From: Myxococcota bacterium
Lineage (GTDB): Bacteria > Myxococcota > Myxococcia > Myxococcales > Myxococcaceae
DNA: 64,000 nucleotides
Reading direction: 5' to 3'
Assembly (NCBI GenBank): GCA_049322255.1
Contig: JBMORE010000152.1
Coordinates: forward strand, 1-64,000
Positions 51,467-63,369 of the stretch are shown piece after piece. Positions within the stretch are counted from its first letter, which is position 1, and each line of letters starts with the position of its first letter. Under the pieces are notes generated by a model that saw nothing but the letters and a program-made list of their open reading frames with translations, did no database searches and was not told where the DNA came from. The translations under genes were made by a program, and so were the position numbers.

Positions 51467-53145
51467 AGAAGACGGCGACAATCCTGGCGGTGGTCCTGGG
51501 CGGGGCGGCGGTGACGGCAAGCGGGGCGCCTCCCTCGGCGGCGGAGCGGAGGGCTGCCAGGCAGATCTCCGCGGCGGCCATCCTCGCGCACACGCGCTTC
51601 CTCTCTTCCGACTTGCTCGAAGGACGCGGGCCCGCCACCCAGGGTGACCGGCTGGCACAGGAGTACATCGCCGCCCAGTTCGAGGCGCTGGGGCTTTTAG
51701 GCGGAGCGCCCGACGGCAGCTACTTTCAGCGCTTCGATCTGGTCGGCGTCGACGGCCACCCGGACAGTCTTTCGCTCCAGGCCGGCGGAAAGTCGCTCGA
51801 GCTCGAGTACCAATCCGACTTCATTGCGGTGGCGGGCTCGCAGGAGCCGCAGTCGAAGCTGCAAGACGCCGAAGTGGTGTTCGTCGGCTACGGCATCGTC
51901 GCTCCGGAGTTCGCCTGGGACGACTACAAGGGCGCTGACCTCAAGGGGAAGGTGCTGCTGATGATGAACAGCGACCCCGAGGACGACCCGGCGCTGTTCG
52001 CGGGCAAGACGAGGCTGTGGTACGGCCGGTGGGACTATAAGTACGAGATCGCCGCCCAAGTCGGCGCGGCGGGGGCGATCATCATTCACACCACCCCCTC
52101 GGCCGGCTACCCCTGGCAAGTGGTGCAGACCTCGTGGGCGGGAGAGCAATTCGAGCTTCCTTCGGCGGGCGAGCCGCGACTTCGAGTTCGAGGCTGGACC
52201 ACCGAGGAGGCGTCGCGCCGGTTGGTGTCGTTGGGCGGCAAAGACCTCGACACGCTGCGCGGTGCGGCGCAAAAGCGCGACTTTCGCCCGGTGCCCTTGG
52301 GGGTGCGCCTCTCCACCGCCTTCAAGAACGTCGTCCAGCGCAGGCAGACCGCCAACGTGCTCGGCGTGCTTCCCGGCTCGGACAAGGTGCACGCGCAGGA
52401 AGTGGTGGTGCTCACCGCGCATCACGATCACTTGGGCCGCAAGGAGGGCGCCCAGCAGGGCGAAGACGCCATCTACAACGGAGCGGTGGACAACGCGTCG
52501 GGTGTGGGTGCGCTGTTGGCGATCGCGCGGGCGATGACCTCTTTGTCCAGGTCGCCCAAGCGCACGGTGCTCTTCGCCGCCGTCGCCGCGGAGGAACAGG
52601 GACTGCTCGGCTCGGCCTACCTGGTCGACCACCCGCCGGTGCCGGTGGGGCGAATGGCGGCGAACATCAACATCGACGGGCTCAACATCTGGGGGCGAAC
52701 CAAGGACGTGACGGCGATCGGCCTGGGCAAGTCGAGCATCGACCTGACGCTGAAGGAGCAGGCAGCGCTGCAACAGCGCGTGGTCAAGCCCGACCAGCTC
52801 TCCGACCGCGGGTTCTTCTATCGCTCCGACCAGTTCAACTTCGCCAAGAAGGGCGTGCCCGCGACCTACTTCGGCAGCGGCTTGGACTTCGCCGGCAAGC
52901 CGGAAGGGTGGGGGAAGAAGACCCGAGAGGAGTGGGAGGGCTCGCGCTACCACCAGCCTTCTGACGAGGTGACCCACCAGTGGGACCTCACCGGCGCGGT
53001 GGAGGACACCCAGCTCTACTTCCACGTCACCGTGCAGCTGGCCAACGCCAGGGCGATGCCGGTGTGGAACAAGGGCGACGAGTTCGAGGACGAGCGCCGC
53101 CAGGCGTTGGAGGCGTTGCGCTCGACCGGGGCGGCGACGAAGTAG
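51463..53145 (+). CDS. M28 family peptidase with PA domain, secreted
   Basis: LSSDLLEGR, AHHDHLG, NGAVDNASG, AEEQGLLGS, RSDQ, YHQPSD; ATGA overlap with cysS. Confidence 0.93.
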   Translation: MKKTATILAVVLGGAAVTASGAPPSAAERRAARQISAAAILAHTRFLSSDLLEGRGPATQGDRLAQEYIAAQFEALGLLGGAPDGSYFQRFDLVGVDGHPDSLSLQAGGKSLELEYQSDFIAVAGSQEPQSKLQDAEVVFVGYGIVAPEFAWDDYKGADLKGKVLLMMNSDPEDDPALFAGKTRLWYGRWDYKYEIAAQVGAAGAIIIHTTPSAGYPWQVVQTSWAGEQFELPSAGEPRLRVRGWTTEEASRRLVSLGGKDLDTLRGAAQKRDFRPVPLGVRLSTAFKNVVQRRQTANVLGVLPGSDKVHAQEVVVLTAHHDHLGRKEGAQQGEDAIYNGAVDNASGVGALLAIARAMTSLSRSPKRTVLFAAVAAEEQGLLGSAYLVDHPPVPVGRMAANINIDGLNIWGRTKDVTAIGLGKSSIDLTLKEQAALQQRVVKPDQLSDRGFFYRSDQFNFAKKGVPATYFGSGLDFAGKPEGWGKKTREEWEGSRYHQPSDEVTHQWDLTGAVEDTQLYFHVTVQLANARAMPVWNKGDEFEDERRQALEALRSTGAATK

Positions 53146-53184
53146 AAGGCCGTCGACCCTCCCGTGGTGAGTGGACTCGTATGT

Positions 53185-53207
53185 TCCATTTTAATTATAA
53201 ATATGGA
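53185..53207. promoter_or_regulatory. AT-rich imperfect inverted repeat before the DUF4143 ATPase gene
   Basis: TCCATTTTAATTATAAATATGGA, ends 3 nt before ATG 53211. Confidence 0.6.
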
Positions 53208-53210
53208 CTT

Positions 53211-54350
53211 ATGTTTTCCAGATTGCTGCGCCCCCCCAAGGACAAGAGCTTTTTTCTCTTTGGGCCGCGGGGAACGGGAAAGTCGTACTGGGTACGTCAG
53301 CAGTTTCCCGAGGCGGTCTACATCGACCTCCTCGAATCCGATGCCTACACGGAATTGCTCGCCTCACCGCAGCGCCTGGAGCAGAGGCTGCCGCCCAACT
53401 ACTCGGGCTGGGTGGTGCTGGACGAGGTTCAGCGGGTGCCTGACCTCCTCAACGAGGTGCATCGGCTCATCGAGCGGCGCCGCCTCCGTTTCGTGCTGAC
53501 GGGCTCGAGCGCGAGGAAGCTTCGGCGCAAGGGGGTGAACCTCCTCGCGGGCCGAGCACTGGTGCTGGCGATGCACCCGCTCACGGCCACCGAGCTGGGC
53601 GAGCGCTTCGACCTTCGGCATTCGCTGCGATTCGGCCAGCTGCCCAGTGTGTACGTGGAGAAAGAGCCGGACCGCTACCTTTCGAGCTACGTAAGGACGT
53701 ACCTGCGAGAGGAGGTCCTGCACGAGGGGCTCACTCGCAACCTGGCGGCATTCACTCGCTTCCTGGAAGCAGCAAGCTTCAGTCAGGCAAACGTGCTGAA
53801 CGTGTCCCAAGTGGCGAGGGACTGCCACGTGGAGCGAAAGGTGGTGGAGGACTATTTCACCATTCTCGAGGACTTGATGATCGGCACCCGGCTTCGAGCC
53901 TTCACCCGCAGAGCCAAGCGCGCGATCGTCGCCCACCCCAAGTTCTTCTTCTTCGATGTCGGGGTCTGGCGGATCTTGCGACCCAAGGGCCCCTTGGACA
54001 TCGACAATGAGCTCGACGGGGCGGCCTTGGAGACGTTGGTGTTTCAGGAGCTTCGGGCGACGAACGATGCCCTCGAACTGGGCTACGAGCTGTTCTTCTG
54101 GAGGACGTCGGCGCCCGCGTCACAAGAGGTCGACTTCGTGCTCTACGGCCCACGCGGGCTCAAGGTGATCGAGGTGAAGCGCGCTCCTCGAGTGACGCGG
54201 GAAGATTTCCGAGGTCTGCGAGCTTTTCTGGCCGATTATTCGATGGCTGAGGCATTTCTCGTCCATGGAGGAACGTCGAGCAGCTTCGAGGATGGCGTTC
54301 GAGTCTTGCCGGTGGGGGAGTTCCTTCGCACGTTGTCCAAGCTGGTGTGA
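53211..54350 (+). CDS. AAA+ ATPase (AAA_14) with DUF4143 and C-terminal PD-(D/E)XK-like motif
   Basis: GPRGTGKS, LDEVQ, TGSSAR, LAGRA, KFFFFDVG, EVDFV...IEVK. Confidence 0.93.
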   Translation: MFSRLLRPPKDKSFFLFGPRGTGKSYWVRQQFPEAVYIDLLESDAYTELLASPQRLEQRLPPNYSGWVVLDEVQRVPDLLNEVHRLIERRRLRFVLTGSSARKLRRKGVNLLAGRALVLAMHPLTATELGERFDLRHSLRFGQLPSVYVEKEPDRYLSSYVRTYLREEVLHEGLTRNLAAFTRFLEAASFSQANVLNVSQVARDCHVERKVVEDYFTILEDLMIGTRLRAFTRRAKRAIVAHPKFFFFDVGVWRILRPKGPLDIDNELDGAALETLVFQELRATNDALELGYELFFWRTSAPASQEVDFVLYGPRGLKVIEVKRAPRVTREDFRGLRAFLADYSMAEAFLVHGGTSSSFEDGVRVLPVGEFLRTLSKLV

Positions 54351-54608
54351 TGCGGACGCGAGGGTTCCTGCGCGAATCCAGAGGCTCTCACCGCATTTGA
54401 CGCGTCAGGAATTCATCAGTCTCGATGCGTTCGAGCTCTCCGCGCGGACCCAGCCCGGGCAGCAGCGATTGGCGTCGCCCGCATCATCGCGGCCTGGAGG
54501 TGAAGCATTTGAGCGACGTCTACGAGCTGGTCAGCCTCGGCAACCATCTCGCGAAGGTGGCGCCAAATACCTTGAACGGCGACGCCACCTCCGCCTTCTC
54601 CACCCGCG

Positions 54609-55238
54609 GTGGTGCCCAGCGGGCGTCCGCCCGCGCCGGCCTTCGTCCCACCTTCAGCGCCGCGAAGAGGGGTAACGGTGTCGGGCATCGGCCACCTCGA
54701 GTTGGTGGGTGCGGCACAGCACGTCACAGACGGAAGCGTGGGAACCTTACGGCTGCGCATCGACGGCTCCACCGCCGGAGTGCTCACCAGCTACGACCTC
54801 GCCGCGCTTCGCTCGTGCGACTGCCCCGGCGAAATCGACGTGATTCACCTTATCAGTGGACAGCTCGTGGGCTGGCTCGCCAGCGGCTCGCGCGGGCTGG
54901 TCGGGCTCACGCTCGGAGCGACCGCGGCGCTTGCTCCGGACATCGACCTGCTCGGACCGACGATCGGCGCCGTGGCGATGTGGAAGCTCCCGGGCCCGCT
55001 GTCCCTCGAGGGCCAGCTCGCGGTGACGTCGATCACCTTCGTCGCTGTCGACTCCCGCGCCGCGCTCGTGCTGAGGGTCGGCGCGCTACAGTTCTTCGCC
55101 GGCTACCGGTACGCGTACCTGAACGACAAGGCCCAGGTCGACGACGTCGAGCGGTCGGACACGCTCGCGGGCCCGTTCGCCGCGATCGGATTCACCTGGG
55201 AGCCGCACCGCGGCGCCCCAGCGAGCCATAGGCGATGA
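54609..55238 (+). CDS. Hypothetical beta-strand-rich (possibly outer-membrane) protein; 5' end may be frameshifted
   Basis: Alternating hydrophobic strands, ends AGYRY...GPFAAIGFTW; in-frame stop at 54573 and no good start or signal peptide. Confidence 0.45.
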   Translation: MVPSGRPPAPAFVPPSAPRRGVTVSGIGHLELVGAAQHVTDGSVGTLRLRIDGSTAGVLTSYDLAALRSCDCPGEIDVIHLISGQLVGWLASGSRGLVGLTLGATAALAPDIDLLGPTIGAVAMWKLPGPLSLEGQLAVTSITFVAVDSRAALVLRVGALQFFAGYRYAYLNDKAQVDDVERSDTLAGPFAAIGFTWEPHRGAPASHRR

Positions 55239-55253
55239 GCTCGAGGACTCGAC

Positions 55254-55274
55254 TTGACTTAGTCCACGACTAAG
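55254..55274 (+). promoter_or_regulatory. TA operon operator/promoter
   Basis: TTGACT (-35) overlapped by inverted repeat CTTAGTC-CAC-GACTAAG. Confidence 0.65.
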
Positions 55275-55277
55275 CCC

Positions 55278-55520
55278 ATGTTCAACACCGTGAAGGTCAA
55301 CGTTCACGAGGCGAAAACGCACTTCTCGAAGCTGCTTGCGAAGGTTGCGGCTGGCGAGGAGGTGACCATCACCAAGGCGGGCCGGCCGGTCGCGCGCTTG
55401 GTACCGCTCGAGGCGAAGCCAGTGGCTCGGCCGCTTGGCTTGGACGCCGGGCGGTTCGAGGTGCCCGAAGACTTCGATGCTCCACTGCCCGCCGAGGTTT
55501 TGCGGCATTTCGAAACGTGA
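55278..55520 (+). CDS. Phd/YefM family antitoxin
   Basis: VNVHEAKTHFSKLL...GEEVTITKAGRPVARLVP...DFDAPLP; true start may be GTG 55290. Confidence 0.93.
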   Translation: MFNTVKVNVHEAKTHFSKLLAKVAAGEEVTITKAGRPVARLVPLEAKPVARPLGLDAGRFEVPEDFDAPLPAEVLRHFET

Positions 55521-55915
55521 AGGCGCTCCTCGACACGCACGTGTGGCTGTGGTCGCTGTGCGCGCCCGAACGGCTGTGCGAAACGGCCCGCGCGGCCATC
55601 TCCGACCCGGCGAACGAAGTTTATTTGTCCGCCGCGAGCGCCTGGGAGATGGCGATCAAATTCGCTCTCGGGAAGCTCCCGTTGCCGGAGCCCCCTGGTG
55701 AGTACGTCCCTGCCCGGATGAAAACACAGGGCATCTCGCCGCTCCTGGTGAGCCACGCGCACGCGCTCCGCGTCGCATCGCTGCCGCCTCACCACAGCGA
55801 CCCATTTGACCGGCTCTTGATTGCGCAGGCACAGGCGGAGGGCCTGATGCTCCTGACGGCCGACCCGCAATTCAAGCCGTACGCGGTGCGGCTCCTCTGG
55901 GCAGCAGCGCCGTGA
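55517..55915 (+). CDS. vapC: PIN-domain VapC family toxin
   Basis: LLDTHVWLW, SAASAWEMAIK, HSDPFDRLLIAQA, LTAD; GTGA overlap with the antitoxin. Confidence 0.93.
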   Translation: MKALLDTHVWLWSLCAPERLCETARAAISDPANEVYLSAASAWEMAIKFALGKLPLPEPPGEYVPARMKTQGISPLLVSHAHALRVASLPPHHSDPFDRLLIAQAQAEGLMLLTADPQFKPYAVRLLWAAAP

Positions 55916-56018
55916 GCTTCCCCGGCCAGAGCGTGGCAGGCTCCGAATGAACGGAGGGTGGCCATCCGGGCGGCCGGCGCGAGCATGGCGGGTCGGTGGG
56001 TGTTAAACCGTCCGAGGG

Positions 56019-58106
<2,088 letters not shown>

Positions 58107-58108
58107 TC

Positions 58109-60025
58109 ATGGACGCGGCCCTCGCCGAGAAGCTCGCCAACCTCCCCACCGCCCCGGGCGTCTACGTGATGAAGGACCGCGGCGGGGTGGTGATCTACGT
58201 CGGCAAGGCGGTGAACCTGCGCGCGCGGGTGCGCTCGTATTTTTCGCGCGCCTCCTCCGACAGCCGGGCGTTCGTCGGGCTGCTCCACGACCTTTTGGGC
58301 GACATCGACACGGTGGTGGTGTCGAACGAGAAAGAGGCGCTGCTTCTGGAGAACGAGCTCATCAAGCGTCACAAGCCGCGCTTCAACGTCCAGCTGCGGG
58401 ACGACAAGAATTTCATCTGCGTAAGGCTCGATCTGTCGCACCCCTACCCCCGACTGGAGGTGGTGCGCCGCTTCAAGAAAGACGGCGCGCGGTACTTCGG
58501 CCCCTATTCCTCGGCGGGGGCGATTCGCGAGTCCTTGCGCATCATCAACCGCTACTTCCAGCTGCGCACCTGCTCGGATCACGCGCTGGAGCATCGCCGC
58601 CGTCCGTGCCTGCTCTACCAGATCGGCCGCTGCCCGGCGCCGTGCGTCTACCCGATCGCCCCCGAGGAGTACCAAAAGAACGTCGAGGCGGTGGTGCTCT
58701 TCCTCGAGGGCAAGGCAGGCGAGCTGGTCGACGGCCTGCGGACACGCATGAAGGCGGCGGCGAAGGAGCTGAAGTTCGAGGAGGCGGCCGCCTTGCGTGA
58801 CCAGCTCGTCGCCCTCGAGCGCAGCCTGGAACGGCAGAAGATCGCCGTCATCGAGCCGATCGACCAAGACGTGTTCGGCTTCTACCGCGAGGCGGATCGG
58901 CTGCTCATCTACGCGCTCTACGTGCGGCAGGGGCGGCTCACCGGCGGCCAGCCCTTCTACTTCAGCGGGCAGGAGTTCCCCGACGACGAGCTGCTCCTCT
59001 CCTTCGTGAACCTCTACTACGATCATGACAACTTCGTTCCCAAGGAGGTGCTCCTGCCCTTCTCTCCCGGGGGGCTGGAGGCGCTGGGAGAGCTGCTCTC
59101 GGAGCGCAAGGGCGAGAAGGTGCGGGTGTGGGTGCCCAAGCGGGGGGAGAAGCTCGAGCTGTTGCAGATGAGCGTGAAGAACGCCGAGGCGGCGTTTCAC
59201 GAGCGCCGGCGCAGCAAGGACGAGACGGCGGCCATTCTCGAGCGCTTGCGCCAAAAGCTTCATCTGGCACGGGTGCCTCGCCGCATGGAGTGCTTCGACG
59301 TCTCGCACTTTCAGGGCGCGAGCGTGGTGGCTTCGCAGGTGGCGATCACCGACGGAGAGCTCGACCGCGCGCGCTACCGCCGCTTCCAGGTGAAGACGGT
59401 CGCCGGAAACGACGACTTCGCCAGCATGTACGAGGTGGTCGGTCGGCGGGTGCGGCGAGGGGTGGTGGAGGACGATTTGCCCGACCTCATCGTCATCGAC
59501 GGCGGCAAGGGGCAGCTCGCCTCGGCGCACGCGGCGATCCGCGACGCGGGCATCACCGGGGTGGACCTGGTGGCGCTGGCCAAGAGCCGCGATCTCGAGG
59601 TGGCCGATCGCGACGCGGCTTTCGCCAAGAGCCCCGAGCGCATCTTCCTCTTGGGGCGTAAAGACCCTGTGGTGCTGCCGCAGCGCTCGGCCGAGCTGTT
59701 CATGCTCACCCGCCTGCGCGACGAGGCGCATCGCTTCGCGATCACCTTCCAGCAAGCACGCATGCGGAAAATGAGCTTCGCCTCGGTGCTGGAGGACATT
59801 CCCGGAGTGGGGGCAGGACGAAAGCGCGCGCTCTTGCGGCACTTCGGCAGCCTTCGGCGCATTCAGAAGGCGTCGATCGAAGAGCTGGCCGACGTGGGTG
59901 GCGTGGGTCCGGCGGTGGCCGAGCGCATTCACGCTTTCCTCCACGGATCGGCCGAGCTCCTGGGCCGGGACGCGATTCGCGAAGCGTCGTTGGAAGACGC
60001 TTCGGGGTCCCCCGCCGAGGGGTGA
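58109..60025 (+). CDS. uvrC: Excinuclease ABC subunit C
   Basis: GIY-YIG (PGVYVM...IYVGKA), [23 protein letters not shown], HhH IPGVG. Confidence 0.97.
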   Translation: MDAALAEKLANLPTAPGVYVMKDRGGVVIYVGKAVNLRARVRSYFSRASSDSRAFVGLLHDLLGDIDTVVVSNEKEALLLENELIKRHKPRFNVQLRDDKNFICVRLDLSHPYPRLEVVRRFKKDGARYFGPYSSAGAIRESLRIINRYFQLRTCSDHALEHRRRPCLLYQIGRCPAPCVYPIAPEEYQKNVEAVVLFLEGKAGELVDGLRTRMKAAAKELKFEEAAALRDQLVALERSLERQKIAVIEPIDQDVFGFYREADRLLIYALYVRQGRLTGGQPFYFSGQEFPDDELLLSFVNLYYDHDNFVPKEVLLPFSPGGLEALGELLSERKGEKVRVWVPKRGEKLELLQMSVKNAEAAFHERRRSKDETAAILERLRQKLHLARVPRRMECFDVSHFQGASVVASQVAITDGELDRARYRRFQVKTVAGNDDFASMYEVVGRRVRRGVVEDDLPDLIVIDGGKGQLASAHAAIRDAGITGVDLVALAKSRDLEVADRDAAFAKSPERIFLLGRKDPVVLPQRSAELFMLTRLRDEAHRFAITFQQARMRKMSFASVLEDIPGVGAGRKRALLRHFGSLRRIQKASIEELADVGGVGPAVAERIHAFLHGSAELLGRDAIREASLEDASGSPAEG

Positions 60026-60109
60026 TGATTACAATCGTCAGGTGTCGGGGTTTTTCATTGCGACGTGCCGTCTCGGTGACGTATAGCGGACAGAGTTTCG
60101 AGGAGTGTT

Positions 60110-60628
60110 ATGCGGCTCTATCCCAAGGTGATTCCGATCATCTCGCGCGAGTGCGTGCAGCGCTTGATGCAAGATGGTGACATCGAGGTCGAGACAATGC
60201 GCATTGCCGACGCCGAGATGGATATGTCGGCGATCATGCGCGAGTACCTCGCCAACGAGGAACGGGTGAACCAGGCGACCCGCGAGGCCCTGGAGCGGCG
60301 CGGCTACGACCACAGCAAGTTCAACCAGGTCAAACGTGAGATGGCCGACGTCCGCGGGTTCAAGACGGGTGAGGAGGGGATCGAGTACGTCATCAACCAG
60401 ATGATCGAGTTCCTCCTCATCAGCCGGAACGTGGAAGAGGTGTTCTCTCCCGACAATCAGCTGCGCCTGAAGATCTTCTCCATCATGAAGAAGCACCTCG
60501 ACGTCGACGACGAGATCGACAAGGAAGCGCGCGCCCGTCTGAAGCACCTGCAGGAAGGGACCTCGGCCTTTGACATCGAATACAACAAGACGGTCGAGCA
60601 GATTCGCCGCGCCCGTGGCCTGATTTAG
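60110..60628 (+). CDS. DUF507 family protein
   Basis: MRLYPKVIP..., internal duplicated helical unit ending RARGLI; RBS AGGAG. Confidence 0.75.
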   Translation: MRLYPKVIPIISRECVQRLMQDGDIEVETMRIADAEMDMSAIMREYLANEERVNQATREALERRGYDHSKFNQVKREMADVRGFKTGEEGIEYVINQMIEFLLISRNVEEVFSPDNQLRLKIFSIMKKHLDVDDEIDKEARARLKHLQEGTSAFDIEYNKTVEQIRRARGLI

Positions 60629-60638
60629 CACCACGCCT

Positions 60639-60673
60639 CCCCTTTCCCTGTGGGAGAGGGCAAGGGTGAGGGG
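60639..60673 (+). repeat. REP-like palindrome copy 5, intergenic
   Basis: CCCCTTTCCCTGTGGGAGAGGGCAAGGGTGAGGGG. Confidence 0.9.
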
Positions 60674-60737
60674 CGTGAATTGCCCCAGTTGTCCCCGCCT
60701 TGCCGGCTGGCCACCTTCTCAACAAGGAGGCGAGCCA

Positions 60738-61853
60738 ATGCAGCGATGGGTATTCGCGGCGGTATTGCTCTGCTCCAGTTTCGCCTTCGCGGCCGACGAG
60801 GCCAGCGCAGTCACGACCGAGAGCAGAGGGTACTTCAACACCGGCCCAGCCCCCTACGCGGACTACTACCAGCTGGGAGATGGTCAGGTGACGCTGACGG
60901 TGGTGGATAGGGTAGTCACCCCCAGCGCGTACGAGGGAGATTCGGCGACATTCGATTTTCGCTTCCGCGTTGGTGCCCAGGAGTATCGGGTCGAGCTGGC
61001 GAGCGTGGGCTTGCCACAGGATGCGCCTTTGCTGCCGGCGCTCGCTGGGCAGCCCGTTTTCGGTGGCGTAGCGCTCGACATCCTGGTGCATGGAAACGCT
61101 CCGGTGGGCTCGTGGGCGACGACCCAGGCGCTCGCGGCCATCGCCGTCTGGGGACGCGGGCGCATCTACCTCGGCGGTCAGCTGGTGACCGACCAGGCGT
61201 TCGTCACAGTGATGGCGCTCTCTTTGGGCACCCACGCCGACGACGAAACACACCGGCTGCTCCCGGAGGCCCGGCCGGGAGACCACGAGCTTTTGGTGCT
61301 CGCCACCCACCTGCCGACCGATGTCATTCCCAAAGGCTTCCTCCAGTTCGAATTCGAGCGGGTGCAAATCACCCTCCGAGGCGAAGGGTTGCCGGAGGAA
61401 CCTCTCCTGCCCAACGTGACGCCGCGCCTGCCCGAGGAGGTGGGGGTGTCGCTCCTCTCACGCCGGGCGGCAACCCAGTACCCCGGAATCGGAGCCTCGG
61501 CACCCACTTCTGCTGCACCCGCGGTCGAAATAGCCCCCACCGTGGCAGTGATCGAGCCGCTCGGCGCCGCTCCCGCTGCTCCCTTGGTCCCAACGGTCTT
61601 GCCCGCGAATACAGCTGCCGCCGCGGCGATTCCGCAGGCGGTGGAGCCAGCGAACGCTGCGCCGGCGACGGCGTTGCCCACCACCGAGTCTCCGAGCAAC
61701 GCGGCACCGGCGACAGCGCTGCCCACCACGGTGCCTCCGGGCAATGCGGCGCCGGCGACGCCTCTGCCCGCAACGACGCCTCCCGCAAACGCTGCCCCCG
61801 CCACGCCGCTGATCACGACTCCGCCACCGCTCAACGCGGCTCCGGTGCCCTGA
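60738..61853 (+). CDS. Secreted hypothetical protein with C-terminal 15-aa Pro/Ala/Thr repeats
   Basis: RBS AAGGAGG, signal peptide (AFA|A), repeats PxNAAPATxLPTTxx. Confidence 0.85.
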   Translation: MQRWVFAAVLLCSSFAFAADEASAVTTESRGYFNTGPAPYADYYQLGDGQVTLTVVDRVVTPSAYEGDSATFDFRFRVGAQEYRVELASVGLPQDAPLLPALAGQPVFGGVALDILVHGNAPVGSWATTQALAAIAVWGRGRIYLGGQLVTDQAFVTVMALSLGTHADDETHRLLPEARPGDHELLVLATHLPTDVIPKGFLQFEFERVQITLRGEGLPEEPLLPNVTPRLPEEVGVSLLSRRAATQYPGIGASAPTSAAPAVEIAPTVAVIEPLGAAPAAPLVPTVLPANTAAAAAIPQAVEPANAAPATALPTTESPSNAAPATALPTTVPPGNAAPATPLPATTPPANAAPATPLITTPPPLNAAPVP

Positions 61854-61865
61854 CTTTTCGAAAAA

Positions 61866-61893
61866 TTGACCGCTCCTCGACCGCCTGTAGCCT
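61866..61893 (+). promoter_or_regulatory. SigmaA-type promoter, probable leaderless transcript
   Basis: TTGACC-N16-TAGCCT-N7-ATG(61901). Confidence 0.55.
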
Positions 61894-61900
61894 CTGCTAC

Positions 61901-62248
61901 ATGCGCAACGTCCAGCTCGTCTCCTCGCCCACGCCCTCGGGAGTCAACGATGCGGTGAAGGAGGCCGTCGATCGGCTGGAGCAGACGCTGCCGTCACGCG
62001 AGGACTGCGCGGTGCTGGCTGACTTCCTCGAAGACGACCTTCGCGAGGGGTTGGAGGCGCTGGAGGAGGTCGACGCGCATTTTCACGACATCCTCGATGC
62101 GTTGCGGGAGGAGCGGCCCTCGCCGATTCGGCTCCTCGAGGCAAGCGACGACTTCCGGGTGCTCCGCCGGCTCGAGTACTTGATGGTGGTGGTGTCACAG
62201 CTTCGGCGACGGCTCGCCCAGGCGGCGGGGAAGTTGAAAGAGCGGTAA
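61901..62248 (+). CDS. Small helical hypothetical protein
   Basis: 115-aa ORF with host-like codon usage behind a promoter. Confidence 0.75.
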   Translation: MRNVQLVSSPTPSGVNDAVKEAVDRLEQTLPSREDCAVLADFLEDDLREGLEALEEVDAHFHDILDALREERPSPIRLLEASDDFRVLRRLEYLMVVVSQLRRRLAQAAGKLKER

Positions 62249-62257
62249 CCTCGCACT

Positions 62258-63321
62258 TCACCACTTGAGGGTCTCTTTGCCCTGGGTGCGGGCCTTCTTG
62301 TCCCCGGGGCGGCTGAAGGCGGTGAGGGTGGCGCGGACGGCGCCCAAGTCGATCGAGCCCACCGCGGCGAGCGGCAGCCGGCGCTCGTCGGCGGAGATCC
62401 ACACGTGGATCTCCCGGCGCCAGCGGTGATCATCGAGCCGCACCGCCTCGCCCGAAAGATGCCAGGCCGTAAGCTCGCCCAAAGGAGACGGGACGCGCTC
62501 CTTCCCCTCCACCTGGCCGCTCAAACGCCAGAGGCGGCGAATGCCGTAGACGTCGAAGCACACGGGCAGGCCTTCCTTCAGAGGCAGCTGGCGCATGAGG
62601 TAGATGGCGCCGGCGACGTCCAGCCCGTCGTGCGCGTAGCGGTACTCGCCCTGCCCCGAGGCGGCGCCGACGGTGTACCGCACCTTCACTTGGTTGCCCT
62701 TGGCGCGAAAGGCCACCTCGGCGGTCTTGCGCACCTCGTTCTCGGTGGAGTCCTCCAGGTAGCGGGTGGGGCGCAACGTCTTGGGGCTCAAGTAGCTCGT
62801 CGCCTGGCCCTTCACCCGTCGCACTTTGGAGAAGAAGGTGTTGGTCTGCGCGTGCACCTCGATGGGCAGCTGGCCGTCCTTTTGCGGCAAGACGCGCATG
62901 GTCATCTTNNNNNNNNNNNNNNNNNNNNNNNNNNNNNNNNNNNNNNNNNNNNNNNNNNNNNNNNNNNNNNNNNNNNNNNNNNNNNNNNNNNNNNNNNNNN
63001 NNNNNNNNTGGGGCTCAAGTAGCTCGTCGCCTGGCCCTTCACCCGTCGCACTTTGGAGAAGAAGGTGTTGGTCTGCGCGTGCACCTCGATGGGCAGCTGG
63101 CCGTCCTTTTGCGGCAAGACGCGCATGGTCATCTTCCCCGCTTGCGCCCCCATGGCGTCGAGGTCGAACTCGAGCACCTCGCCAGCGCCGAACGCCCAGG
63201 GCGCTTTCACCACCGGGAGCGGTCGGCATTGCGCGTCACTGGGCGGCGGTTTGGGAAGAGCAGGCGCCGGCGTCGAGGCCGCAGCGAACAAGGTGAGAGT
63301 AAGGAGCGCGTTCACCACCAT
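62258..63321 (-). CDS. DUF3108-like secreted protein (split by an assembly gap)
   Basis: Signal peptide, GEVLEFD, D...IYLMR, VWISADERRLP; gene is continuous once the overlapping gap flanks are merged. Confidence 0.8.
62909..63008. other. 100-N scaffold gap with duplicated flanks (assembly artefact)
   Basis: 62782-62908 is identical to 63009-63135. Confidence 0.95.
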
Positions 63322-63369
63322 CGAGTGTACCTCGAAAGGAACGCCCACTCGGACGGCGGTCTCCAGCCG

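Noticed and set aside
60666..60737. N-terminal extension of the secreted protein from GTG 60666
   Set aside because: That GTG lies in the REP; a strong RBS and signal peptide support ATG 60738.
62782..63135. 127-bp direct repeat as att sites or a target duplication of a mobile element
   Set aside because: It flanks a 100-N gap inside one gene and merges in frame; typical scaffolding artefact.
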